Positions 1 to 12,697 of a DNA stretch of 64,000 nt are shown one piece after another (positions within the stretch are counted from its first letter, which is position 1; each line of letters starts with the position of its first letter). Origin of the DNA: Epiperipatus broadwayi (Eukaryota; Animalia; Onychophora); contig JAQFVV010000011.1 in the NCBI GenBank assembly GCA_028023455.1, forward strand, positions 3,534,001 to 3,598,000, given 5' to 3'. The translations under genes and the position numbers were made by a program. The notes under the pieces are model-generated. The model did no database searches and was not told the origin of the DNA. It saw only the letters and a list, made by a program, of their open reading frames with translations.

Positions 1-330
1 TCATTAAAACATAATAAAAGCAATTGAAAGTGATTATTTAATATTTTCACACTCTCATTAGCAAAATACTTAAGATTCGCATATATATATATATATATAT
101 ATAGGTTTAAGTTAAAAGATAGAGTGGTTCGTTCTATGTTTTCGAATGACTTTATCTTGTATTTAGAAAGTAGAATATTAATTAAATGTTTAAAATCTAT
201 CTAGTACATGTCTAGTGGAGTGATCCCTTATTATTATTACAGTTTAAAAACGTAGCTCCACTTAAATAAATAACTCATTATATACATCTTTATTTATGTA
301 ACTCTATGAAGATTTACTTCTTTTTTTTTA

Positions 331-1010
331 TTATGTAATTCTATTAATAGCATTAATTCGCTTGTGAAGAAAAGATTAGATTTATTTCAGTTAAAACAAT
401 AATTAGCTGACCAAAGTGCTTTCAACCTAGAAGATCATATTCATAGTGGTCAAACTGGTCAGCAGAAATTAATTATAAGAAAAACAAAATAGTTGATTTA
501 CATATTCCACTTTCAGAATAAAGTGATATATAAGTTTTTTTTTGTTTATTGCATAACAGCGCCACCAGACTAGCGCAATATAGGTATATTTATAACTGCA
601 CAAAGAAAGATCCCAATGTGCAATGTAATGTCTATATTTCTGTAGCATAAAATGGAATCTGACCATAGTTTTTATCCACAGAATATTAAAGTAATGAGTG
701 TGGAATGCAATTTTATCGGAAAAGAAAATTTAAAGAGACATGGTTCATTGTTAACAATACCTATGCGATAAACAAAAAAAGACTCATGTATCACTTTATA
801 CTGAAAGTGGAATAAGTAAATCAATGAATTTACATATTAATTATCAGTTAGCAAATTTTGTGCTTTTCTTATAATTAATCTCAGCTGACAAGTTTGAATA
901 CTATGAATGTGACCTAGGTTTAAAGCATTGTTCAGCTAGTTATTGTTTTATCTGATATAAATCAAATCTATTCTTCAGAAATGAATGAATGCTATTAATA
1001 AAATTATATA
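331..1010. mobile_element. Foldback/MITE-like element with ~220-bp imperfect inverted arms
   Basis: 331-552 is the reverse complement of ~762-1010 (atcactttattctgaaagtggaatatgtaaatcaa vs atcactttatactgaaagtggaataagtaaatcaa); non-coding spacer of ~210 bp. Confidence 0.7.
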
Positions 1011-1034
1011 TTTATTTTTTATATTAATTTTACT

Positions 1035-1140
1035 ACAATTTTACAACATAAAATAGTTGTTTAAATATATACATATTGTGTAAGTATTATTACTTACACT
1101 ATATATATATTTAAACAACTATTTTATGTAGTAAAATTGT
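1035..1140. repeat. Near-perfect AT-rich hairpin
   Basis: acaattttacaacataaaatagttgtttaaatatata ... tatatatttaaacaactattttatgtagtaaaattgt, with an inner tgtaagta/tacttaca pair. Confidence 0.85.
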
Positions 1141-1153
1141 ATATTGAAGAGAA

Positions 1154-1490
1154 TTGAACTCAGACTTTCAAGTCCTTACAATTATCCATTCCATCTTATG
1201 CAACTAATACATATGACTACATAATATAAAAAATAAATGATTTTCAATATACATATTTTATGCTACACCAGCACTCATCAGTTGGTCCAGATCACCATCT
1301 CCCACACATATATACAATCTGATGAGTGCTGGTTCAGCACAAAATACATGTATTGGAGATCATTTATCTTTTTCACATATATGTGGTCATGGATGTCAGT
1401 TGTAAAAGATGGAGTGGATAGTTAGAGGGAGTTTGAAAGTCTGAATTCAAGTCCCTTAATTACATTAAGTTTAGTATAGACAATATACAT
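1154..1490. mobile_element. Family A HHR repeat, head-to-head inverted pair, both cores decayed
   Basis: Minus CTGATGA at 1275-1281 and plus CTGATGA at 1319-1325 with GTGCTG/CAGCAC stem II; GAAA is AAAA in both; arms end ttgaactcagactttcaa / ttgaaagtctgaattcaa. Confidence 0.85.
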
Positions 1491-1701
1491 GTATTTAAAT
1501 ATTATAATTAAATATCTATATTTTTATATTCATTACAACATTCAATTTGTGACATAGATCTATATATGAATTCATAAATATATTGCAAACCGAACATCGC
1601 AAACATATTTAAAAACTATACATATATGATGAAGTCATTTCATAATACTGCAAATATTTAAATATTATAAGAAACAAGTAATGTAAGGTTTTGCCAATTT
1701 C

Positions 1702-1740
1702 AGCTCTGAAAAAGACTGATCAAACAGTTATAAAGTCAAG
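1702..1740 (+). ncRNA. Degenerate family D HHR-like motif
   Basis: agct CTGAAAA agactg atcaaa cagtt ataa resembles agct CTGAAGA agactg..cagtt GAAA at 22 kb and the 29.5 kb copies. Confidence 0.35.
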
Positions 1741-2929
1741 AAAGGATGATAATAAAACAACGAAGGAAGGATGATTTACAACCAGTGTTCAAAGAATAAA
1801 TTAAGCATCTTGTATTACTATTACAGAATATTTAACTACGCGTTTAAATGTTATTATAAAAAGATCAAAATAAATTTGCTTGTGTGAAAATAATAATGTT
1901 TTTTTCACTTATTTATAGTAAAAGTTTGCAACATGGCTTAATTTAATTAAACATGGAAACAATTAAGTTATAAGGTTAAACACAAATGCATCGAAACAAA
2001 ATTGAAATTTAATTACAATCACTATCAACCATTTCTAGTTCACTGTATTAAAAAGTTAAGTAAATAGGAATTAAAATATCTGTTTGACTGTTAGAAAATT
2101 TTATTTCAACTTCTGTCAACTTATAATAGACAACAGATATATGAGTAATAAGAATTTATTAAAAAAATCCACATCACAAACATTATATATATCATAACAG
2201 TTTTTATTTATACATATGAAAGATTTAACCTTCCATGAAGTCACTAGCGATGAATTTGAATAAGGTTTGGTAGTCGATTTTTGCTTAGACATATCACAAT
2301 ATTTATTAGTCTATTTTTGTTAAAAAATAAGACTTTTTGTTAAAAAATGAGAATGTCTGAGGACAATGAGAGAATTCACTGGAATTTTTAAAACTGACTG
2401 TATTAATAAATTTAACTAAACAACAAATCTTCCACTAATATGTAAAAAAATAATAATTATAAAGCAAGTCAATAAATGACAAAAATTATCATTCATCACA
2501 AATCAGTTTTTTTAAATACTAAATTTGTATTGGATAAAATAATCAACAATTAAGTCACGTGACTAGTGATTTGCAATCTATTTTCTCTTACGAGATTAGA
2601 AAACAGCAACTAGTAAGCCATTCAATCTACCCTGAATGAAACTTGACTAAAATCTTAGTCCAATAATAGTAATAAAAAGCAATCACATAAACTCACACAG
2701 AACATAAATTGCATTTACGTATATGTAAATTAATAAAAAATGTAATCTTTAATTTTACAATATTTTGTTTGAACTGAAAGTTAGCAAACAATTCTTCATT
2801 TAAAACTAGAATATAGTCCAAACACGATCAGTTTAGATTTGATATCTTCCTTTGGTGAGCATTTCCCTTTAATTGAATACTAATTGAATTTTACTTATTC
2901 CCTCATCACAAACAGAAAAAGGTTTATTC

Positions 2930-3012
2930 TTTTTTTTTTTTTTAAGTGTCATAGCATCGGCCGGGACGCGAACCCGCAACTGCGAGTGCAAGGCAGTCGC
3001 ACTGACTTGATA
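2930..3012 (-). mobile_element. tRNA-derived SINE, variant subfamily, 5' truncated
   Basis: Minus strand ...gcgggttcgcgtcccggccgatgctatgacac plus poly(A); B-box GTTCG; 3' half shared with copies at 18.9, 31.2 and 39.7 kb. Confidence 0.75.
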
Positions 3013-5549
3013 GCAATTTATTCCAAATCAGAACAAACTAGAAGTGCTCTTTGTAACAATAATTGTCCCCAAAAGAACCAGATTTTGCTAACAAATTCTT
3101 TTGGATTATTGTAGAGAAAAGGTTATTGAGAGAAATAACAACAAAATATTCAAGGTATAAGTTTTATATCTCTAAAACAATTTCCATTTTTCCTACCAAT
3201 AAAATTGCCAATATTATTTATCAGATTTCAAACTTAAATTTAATAGAACCAAACAAAGAATTAAATCAGGTCTACAAAATTTTTTTGAAGTTAATCTTAA
3301 TATAAAATAATGCTAATGGATGGAACAGAAATCATAATTCCAGAGTTTTAATAAATTTGGGACCTAGACTATTTAGCATCATTTTTCATACAGAAATAAA
3401 ATTGAGCATGGAAGCGAAAAAATACTAATCTTCAAACCTAATAAGCCAATGTTAATCCAAAATCATTGTCAATATTCGTACTAAATCTTTTTGACAAAGT
3501 GTTTGAAAAAATGATATCAACAAGAATTATGGCAGCAATCAAAAATCATTTAGCTTTAAGCTAGCTTTAAAACAGGCTTTGTTTGGGGCAGGATAAGATG
3601 CTGTGATCTTTTGATCAGTAGTTGAAATTATTGATTGGTTTTCTTTTTATTTTATACTGGTCTTAGATTAATTTATTTCAATCCAAGGTTTTTTTTATAT
3701 TTTGTTATAGGCTGATGGTAAAAGAGTTGAACTTGTTCACAAAATGTATACTTGTATATATACAAAAAAAAAAAAGATTTGATTGCTTTTATAAAAATAT
3801 ATAATGTACATTTTCACTCTAATAACATTTTTTCCCTCACTCATTGATTTACAAATTTTTTTGAAAGTTTAATAGATTTTTTTAAAATGAATTATTCTTG
3901 GTATGTTAGTAGTTTTAAACTGTTGGTTTGTAAAACATTGAGCAAAATTCTGAGAGATCTAATTAAAATATATATGTTTCTTCTGTACTTAGTTCATATA
4001 TATTTTTATCACTGATCTGCAAATCAAACTCTATTACAATATACAATATATTAATTAAAACATGCAGTTTTAAGTGCTTAATTTGTTCCAAATAATAACT
4101 CTTAGCATCCAATAAATAGTTGTTACTATTAGATATCTTCGTATCAACAACAATTCCTGTTTGTCATATAAAGGTTTTTTCTTCTGTTCATTCGTGAAAT
4201 TTTTAACATAGTATATGGGAATAATTATAAACAAATAATTAGAGTGTTATAGCTTGGGAACACTTAAGAAATCGGAGCATCAAAAATGACAGACTGAGCC
4301 AAAATCCAAACTCTAAAGTATGCCATTCAATTATCCATTAAATCATAGAGAGTAGGGGAATACTTTATAACTGCTTTCTTTTACGAAGTAATAAACTGCG
4401 TGGGAATTTATAACCATTAATTATGATCATAATCAAATATTGCCAATATTAACTTGTATCACTGCTTTCCAGTAAATTTTAATAATAAGATATTAAAAAA
4501 ATCCAAGACAAATCCAAATCCAAATGAAAAGTAAGATAATTACAAAAAGGAAAAAGGCCTCCCTTAGGAATGATTGCTAGAGTAAAGTGAAACTCTGCAT
4601 ATAAGATGAGAGGTGCATGTAATAAATACACATTGCATAAATATTGATTTTATTAATTACTGCATATAACAATTATGAAAACCTTCATTAATATAAATGT
4701 AATAAACTTCGAGCATACATATATAGATATGCTTTACGAGGTAGCCAGCATATAAAATAATAAAAAAAGAAACACTCCCAAGTTTTACTTAGCTTAATGA
4801 ATTTTCAGTGCTAAACACCATAATCATACATATTCTTACAAAACTATGTATTTACACGAACATTCTGTATACAAATTTATAGAGACCGAATAAGCACGTG
4901 TATAGGTATGCAATGTTTTTATAAGATTTATATAAACATTATTTAGAACTATTGAAAACATATATTTTTTATCTATCAAAGATTTTGGCTTTATATAAAT
5001 ACCTTGCATGTAAACAAAATGTGCATGCTGTTAAGCTGGTAATAGTATCTGAAGAACATTGTTTTATTTATTGTTTTATCAAGCTGAAAAGCGTTCCACA
5101 ATTAAAATAAGCTGAAAGTTTTGAATCTTCAGGCGGATGACATTCTTAAATAAATATCTTAGCTACAATGATATAAAAGATGGCATCTAAATATAAACTT
5201 ATATTTCTATTTTAAAATTAATCCGAATTAAAATAAAATAAATGCTTTGTTATTTTTTGCAAATAATAAAGCACACACTTCAATATGTTTATTTATCAAT
5301 ATTTGATATAGAACATTGACCCCAGTGTACCTATAATTCACACAATTTAATAAAACCTAAATATGAATTAAAAATATAAATATTTTCCTCACATAATCTA
5401 TTAGATATGATTGCATTAACTGAGATAAAAGAGGAAACTACGTCATTCTGAAAACTTCTAATTTATATTTGCCATAATAAAATATAATTTTATAAATTAT
5501 TGATTTTAAAAAAAATTACGTATAAAATTATATATTAAAATCACATTAC

Positions 5550-5713
5550 CCTGGTTATAGCCTTGTGAAGACGACAGCCCTGATGCTGATTATGAAAATG
5601 ATCCAGTCTTGTAGAGTCATATGAACTATCACTCATAAGAACCACATTGCCATTTGGAAGAGGACTGTAATGCTTATTCTTTACACAGATCTTTACACTC
5701 TCACCTGTCAACT
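5550..5713 (-). CDS. Internal coding exon of an unidentified host gene (LTGESVKICVKNKHYSPLPNGNVVLMSDSSYDSTRLDHFHNQHQGCRLHKAITR)
   Basis: Minus-strand acceptor tttctttttttctgcag, 164-nt open exon (2 nt plus 54 codons), donor AGG|GTAATG; GC-richer than flanks. Confidence 0.7.
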
Positions 5714-6229
5714 CTGCAGAAAAAAAGAAATTAAAAATTAAATACAGGATGCAAAAAAAAATATTTATACATATAATAAGTTGCTAACAGTTTATTGGCT
5801 GCAGCAGACATGATTAAAGTTTTACTTATATATTCTAAAACTGAATAAAAAGAAGTTATGTTTATGTCTAAATAAGTAGATGATTTTACTTTCGTCTAGA
5901 ATATTTTCTGGATTGGCTACCTCTATAGTATCTGAGGTTATAATCATAATTCTGCATATGCTTGGCATGCTAACGAGAATTACAAAGATGAAAATCACTT
6001 AATAGCATTGTGATAAGCTGTCAAAACTGGAAATTAAATATACAGTGTTTCAATACAAAAGCATTATATTTAGTAATGTTATATATAAAAAATATAAACA
6101 AATTACTTTTATAGGACTGCTTTTTATCAAAAAGAAAGAATAAATACAATTATAAATCATATACAACATAGTTGACAAAAAAAATCTTGATTAATACAAA
6201 AAAGTTTCTCAGCGACAACAACATTAAAT

Positions 6230-7800
6230 GTATGAAAGAAGACAAAGGCAGCCAGTTTGTCTTAATGAGTGCTGCAGATTATAAAAGATAAAATGGATGC
6301 ACAGATTCAAAAATTAAAATCTGAGGCAATTACATCATTCAATAATAAAATTAACAGAGATAAATTCATCACTTCAGTTTTGCATGCACACAAGGACAAA
6401 GGCCTCAATGGATCCAATTATTATAGAATTTATCCATCTGCAACCATACAACCAAAAATATTTGCAAATGCAAAGCTTCATGGACTTTGATAGCATCCAC
6501 TACTTTAATGCATCTAAACTAGTTAATGAATGGCTAATTGACTATCTAGATTTTGGTTCGTTTACAATTAAATCATCATTTGAATTTGTAGACAGAATCA
6601 AGAATGGAGCAATTTCTCAAGAATTCAGGATCACAGTGGTAGATATCATGGAACTATATGGTTCCATTAACAGACAGCTATCAATCAGAATAAATGAGCA
6701 TGAGCTGATTAAGAAAGACTGTCTAGCCTCTAAGATATGGTTTATTGTAGACTTTATGAAATGGCTGGATGAAAACATTCTGGCATAATATGAAAATAAC
6801 TGGTATAGAATAAACAATGGTTGTGTATGGGTCTTCCTCTGAGTGGTATTGTCTCCAGCATTGTTTTAAATCATTTCAAACAACAAGTGCTTCCAAAATT
6901 CCAAATAGCAGTACCAGGTACAATTTATATCAGATAAGTGGATGACATATTTATAGCACCACTGGAAAACACAACCGAAGATATTTTATATGAACTCCAC
7001 ACTCTTTCTAGCCTAATTTTTAATTGTAAATATGAGGATGAGCAAAATGTGGTCAAGTACCTTGATTTAAAAATCAATAGAGAGAATGCTGCACTCAACT
7101 ATTTCCATGATGAGCAAGCCCTTGTGCGTTAGAGATTACCTTCATCCACTCTCAAAATCCTCCAAATCACATAAACTTGCAGGGTTATCTGCTTTCTTAT
7201 TTCATAATCACCATCTATGCAAATTAGAGTCGGACAAGAAAAACAACATCACCAGCTACATCAGAGATTTAATAAGCGTGGGTTTTAATTACAGAACAAT
7301 AGCCAACAGGATTGAAGGCTTTCATAAAAGACTTACAGCAAAATAAAAAAGAAGACAGACAACATCTGACTGTACCATATATACCTGCAGTAGCAAAAAA
7401 ACTTCAGTAAAACTTTACAAAAAGAATTTAAACTAGGATTTAGAACCCCTCCAAACACCAATAGGCTTATTAATAATACTAAAGATAAAAGAAATATTGA
7501 AGCAACCCCCAGGTAGTATATAGAATTGTGTGCCCTCAAATGGGGTGTGGTGCTGTTTATTATGGTGAAACTCATGCCACAATTGGCAATAGATTAGCTC
7601 AACACAAATACATATATACACAAGCAATAACCAAAAAAGAATGCAGTTCCATTTTTTCTGACCATCAGCAAGAGCACAACCACAGATATGAATCCTCCAA
7701 GGCTGATATATTATGCACAGAGAGGAATGACATCGAGAAAAATCAAGGAATCTTGTTTTATTATCAGTGAATAGAAAAGACACTTGTTTTGCCATTTCCA
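6230..7800 (+). mobile_element. Decayed Penelope-like retroelement (RT plus GIY-YIG endonuclease)
   Basis: Frameshifted ORFs with PKIFANAKLH, SFTIKSSFEFVDRI, VDIMELY, (V)DDIF, VKYLDLKI and the GIY-YIG motif CPQMGCGAVYYGETHATIGNRLAQH. Confidence 0.85.
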
Positions 7801-8779
7801 GAAAATGAATAATATATAAATAGTTTTGTATATATTTGCATATAATGATGTCAATAATCTAAAGAGGCTATGATTATGGAGTAATAAAACTCTGAAAGTG
7901 CTAAGCCTACGAAATTATGATATAGAAAGCCTACAGAAATTTATTATATAGAAAAGTTTCACCGCAACGCGTATTATTAATTACAAATTTATTTTAGTGT
8001 TCATTTAAAGAAAATCAAACTACACAAAAGGACTGCAAACTTAGTTTTAAAAAGTACACAGTATATATATATGACTGCATAAACAAACAAGTATGCGTGT
8101 TTATATAAAAATATAAAAAACTACACGAAATATTTATACATATTAATTAATTATTATAAATAGTACAAACTAAAATAAATTAATATTAATTAAATGTGAT
8201 TTTAAAGAGATGTATATATCTATAGTCATTTAAATATCTATGTATTTAAATATATAAAGATATTAAAAGAATGGATCAGAAAACTAATGTTGTTGTTTTT
8301 TTAATTTACACTAAAATAAAATTTGCCATTGGTTAGTTTAATTTCCTTTGTAAAATCTTTTAACCAATAAGATTTTTTTGCCAAGCATGTTGCATATGAC
8401 TTATAATTTAACACCATTTTACTGCATTCATTGTTGCTGATGAAACCTCAGATTGAAATATAAAGATGTTTTACATACAAGTAATGTAACGATATATAGA
8501 TATGTCGTTACATTAATTTAAAATAAAAACTTAAAAGTTCGCAAATAAAAGTAAAAAACTAAACGCTAAAATTAAAAATGTTTGTAAACTTTAAAAATAT
8601 TTTTTTTAATAAATAAAAAAAAGGTATTTGAATGTATTTTTATAAAAAAAAAGATTTATAAAAATATTTTAATAAAAAAATAACGTAAGTTAAAATAAAA
8701 ACAGGTATTAATTAATTCCTGTAATCTATAAATGGAAATGATTGTTTATTAATTATCTAAAAGCTGTTTAATTAAAAAG

Positions 8780-10230
8780 TCAGATGAAAAGTTAGATAAG
8801 AGAAGAAAGAGATTTTGGCTTGACCAATGGAAGCACTAAGCCTTGGCTCGGACCCTAATGAAAGTGATGGATTGGTGACGTTTTGTTCATTGAATCCTTG
8901 TGGATAATATAAAAAGGGAAATACAGTTTTTTCGGACAGTTCCAGCGTTTTGTGTGTTTGAGATGTGGTATGACGCACATACCACACTCTCTAAAAAATG
9001 AAAAGACTGCGATACCAGAACAGAACCAGCTAATGCTACCTCCAAAATATCAGACCGGTCTTCCAGGAAAGTCTCCGTGGGAATTGCCAACGAGAACATT
9101 ATCTTCCAATGGAGTCTTCTACCATAAGCTATATAAAATGAACAATTATTAAAATCAATTAAGAACTTTCGTCAAGTTTGACAAATTGATAAACAAGCCA
9201 ACTGAAATGTTAAAACGGACTCTTATCTGACTTTTGTAAGTTTTTACATCAAATTAATAATGTTTAATTTTATATGTTTTCCAATTGATAAACATCATTT
9301 TTTTTTTCTTATTGTAAAGATTATTTAAATGTATGAAATTAAGTTGTTTATAGACGCTTGCAGGGATTCGTTTGCGGTTAATTATATTTTGGTTTCCATA
9401 TGTGATCAAAATATATAGACATTCGATAAATAATGATACCTTACGGTGAGTATCTAAAATGTATTTATTCGGATGTCTTTTAGGTTATTGGTGACAACGC
9501 AAGTATCTTATGGTGAATACTAGTGGGTTACTTATAAGTTTCCCTCTGCGATTGTCGGTATCAATAATTTTGTATTTTGATCGTTTATGTTTATTTTGAA
9601 ATGTTTTTGACCGTGGAATCTATGTAATCGATCTATACCCAACATTTTTAAACAAATCTGTGCGAACGTATTTAAATGTTAAAATTAAGTCGGGCGTGAA
9701 TGGCTATATAGTTTTGTAAAGTTGTATTAAGGGAGGGTAATCTTAGGTTATTCATTTCGTAGTTGAATTGGTTCAATGGATTGGATATATTTGTGTAATT
9801 AGTAGATGTAGTATGAGGTCCGCTACGAGCAGGATTATGGATATACGCCACACACCCTCTGTTTGCCTATGGATGGGTTTTAAGTCGGCAGAAGACCGCA
9901 GTCCATTCCTATGGAGTTTTTTGTTTATTGATCTACTTACCAACAGATGTCACATTCCTGTTGGTGGAGAGTCAATGTCTTCTCTATTTCTACTTATTGT
10001 TTAGATGTACATTCCTGACAATTAGTATTTTGTGTTGTCGTATCATGCTACATTGAATACATGAATGTATCAGATGGATTGGCGCCAGTTGATTGCGAAA
10101 TTTGTTGCCTAAGGTTAAATCAGGGAAGAATATTTTCATTTCAAATGCAGACCTATGTAGTCCATTCATACTCGATCCTCTAAATAAATAGTAAACTCAT
10201 TATTTGCAATCTACTTAAATTTAGAATTAA
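8780..10230 (+). mobile_element. Highly decayed LINE-like relic (gag-like knuckle plus ORF2 C-terminus)
   Basis: CpG-rich island; fragments CLRCGMTH, PANATS, KVSVGIANENI resemble ORF1 knuckles; APVDCEICC near 10090 resembles a C-terminal Cys motif; many stops. Confidence 0.3.
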
Positions 10231-10636
10231 AGATCAATATAAAATTATAAACGTTAAAATTTATTCCTCAAAATTTAAATATTTTATATGTGCATAAATA
10301 AATATTTTTATGTGTTAATTTCTGGCAGTAGCTTTTATTCTTTTATATTTAAGATATATAATTTATATTTTATTATCTCTGCTGCTCCACTGAGCTAGTG
10401 ACTTGGGCTAACGATCTGAATATTTAAATAAAGTGGAATCTTAACAGCGCGTATCCGCCTACTCTATAAATTTTTCTAGGCTCAAATGCCTAGATGGCAC
10501 CCTTGTAGAGCAGATATTGTGTTTGCAGTTAGATTCGATCTTCACTTTCATTTCGATCGTTATAGTAATTTTGTTTGTAAACTTTGTATACATTTCCTTT
10601 AGTTAGTTTTTATATATATTTTCTATTTATATAATA

Positions 10637-11045
10637 TTCAAATATAAATATATTGTCTATATTAAATGTAACTATAATGGACTTGAACTCAGATTTTCAA
10701 ATATAAATATATTGTCTATATTAAATGTAACTATAATGGACTTGAACTCAGATTTTCAAGCTACCTACAACTACATGCTCCATCTTTTAAAACTGATATA
10801 TATATGACAGCACACATGTGAAAAAGATGAATGATCTCCAATATACGTATTTTGTGCTGAGCCAGCACTCATCATTTGGTTCAGATCACTATCTCTCATA
10901 CATAGATACAATCAGTGCTTACTTTATATTAAGATAGCAAATCTACAAATTTTAATGAACCAAGCTTCAATCTTCTCTACTCTCCAATTCTTCAGTCATT
11001 CATATCATTGAAAATCTGATAATGGAACACTTAAAACCCTTATTG
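10637..11045 (-). mobile_element. Family A HHR repeat, single arm, with 59-bp tandem duplication at its 3' end
   Basis: Minus strand accaa ATGATGA gtgctggctcagcac AAAA tacgtata ttgg (core 10850-10875); 59-bp unit repeated at 10637 and 10696. Confidence 0.85.
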
Positions 11046-11147
11046 ATATATATATATATATATATTAATTCTAATATTTCTAATATTCTCATGGATATAT
11101 ATATATATATATATTAATTCTAATATTTCTAATATTCTCATGGATAA
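11046..11147. repeat. ~50-bp tandem duplication containing (TA)n
   Basis: (ta)n ttaattctaatatttctaatattctcatggat occurs twice in tandem. Confidence 0.8.
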
Positions 11148-11160
11148 ATGATGAATTCAT

Positions 11161-12679
11161 AGTACTATTTCCAGGACCTACCATGTAGTAAAGTACATTA
11201 ATGAGTACTTTCATCAAAGCTTATTCTTTCTCAAATCATAAGAATGTGTATGCTGAGATTTAAAATCATTATTTTTTTTGTTATTTTCTCCTCATACTCA
11301 AATTCTATTGGTTGAGAAGTTTAAAAAGATATTTTATCCTCCAATAGCTTTTTCCAAATATTGTTAATTTTCTTCAATTCACACTTCTCATTTATGCTCT
11401 CAGACTTTTTAAAAACCTCTACAGCTTCCTTCGGCAGTCTCTGGTCATATTGTTCAATTTTGACAGAATATGTAATTTTATAAAAATGTACATCATGGTT
11501 AGTTAATTTTATGAAAGAATAAATGGCTGAAGAATTAGATTTTCTCTAACTGCAAAAATATATTCTTACTTTTTTACATTTATTCTATAATTGGTGTGTC
11601 CAATGTATGAATGTGCACAAACTCCATATGAAACTTCTTATTCATCATGGCACTCCAAAAGAATTTTATCTTTGGGGTATGGAAATACTTTATTAATTTT
11701 TTTAAATGTAGTATAAATTGTGTGGATTTTTTTTTCCTTAAAACATTACCAATTTTATCAGTTACTTCCTTTACATGTGGCAGAAGTGCCTTAATTTCTG
11801 AAGTATCAGAATTATTTTCAATATTATATGAAAAAGCTCTATTAATAATCTTGTAATAAAAATCATTATGAAGAAACATTTTTCAATAGAAGAGATATCT
11901 TGGTAAAAATGCCTGTCATCGGAAAATCTCTTAGTTCTATTAAACAATATCTTTGCCACTGAAAATAATTGTGCTGGATGGTAATGAGAAGAAAAATGTA
12001 CGTTTGTTTTCTATATTACCATGGGACAAATAATCATCTTTCTTTCTTTCAATTAAAACATCTAAGAATGAAGGTTGGTTATTGTTCTCTATTTCCATAG
12101 TAAACTTGATGTTGTTATTAAAAAGTATTTAAAAAATTAAAAAATTCATCCAGAGCATGCTTACCATTAGGCCAAATAACAAAGATAATATCAACATATC
12201 CCAGCCATACAGATGGTTTTTTTAACTGCTAATATCAAAATTCTATAACAAAAAATATAAAATAAGCAGTGTCAATCAACCCCCAACAAAATCAAGCAAT
12301 TAAATATTTTTCAAAATTTCAATAGCTTCCTTTACATGTACTCTAGTAAAAAGTGAATCAATATCAAAGTTTATCAAAATATCATCTTTAGTTAATTTAA
12401 TACCCCAGATAAGCTCAAGAAAATGATTCACATCTTTAACATAAGATGCCATTTCTGTTAAATGTTGCTGTAGAAAAGAAGATAGAAAATAAGCTAGTGT
12501 CTGTGTTGGTGAACCTATTGCACTTGCAATCAGTCTCAATGGAATATATGGCTTGTGGATCTTTGTCAAACCATACAACTTCAAGATTTTTCTCTTGGTG
12601 TAATATAGATCTTAGATTTTAAATCTAAAACAGTACCATTAATTATTGTTTTTGTTTTGTTTTCAAGATAGTCATAGGA
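11161..12679 (-). mobile_element. Decayed Penelope-like element, left arm of an inverted pair
   Basis: Minus ORFs KLYGLTKIHKPYIPLRLIASAIGSPT...ILINFDIDSLFTRV and LLPHVKEVTDKIGNVL; homologous to 12698-14430 with a ~100-bp deletion. Confidence 0.9.
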
Positions 12680-12697
12680 TCTCTATAAATTCTTTTA

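Noticed and set aside
7885-7925. ctgaaagtgctaagcctacgaaa as the PLE 3' ribozyme
   Set aside because: The core lacks G8-A9 spacing and stem II does not pair.
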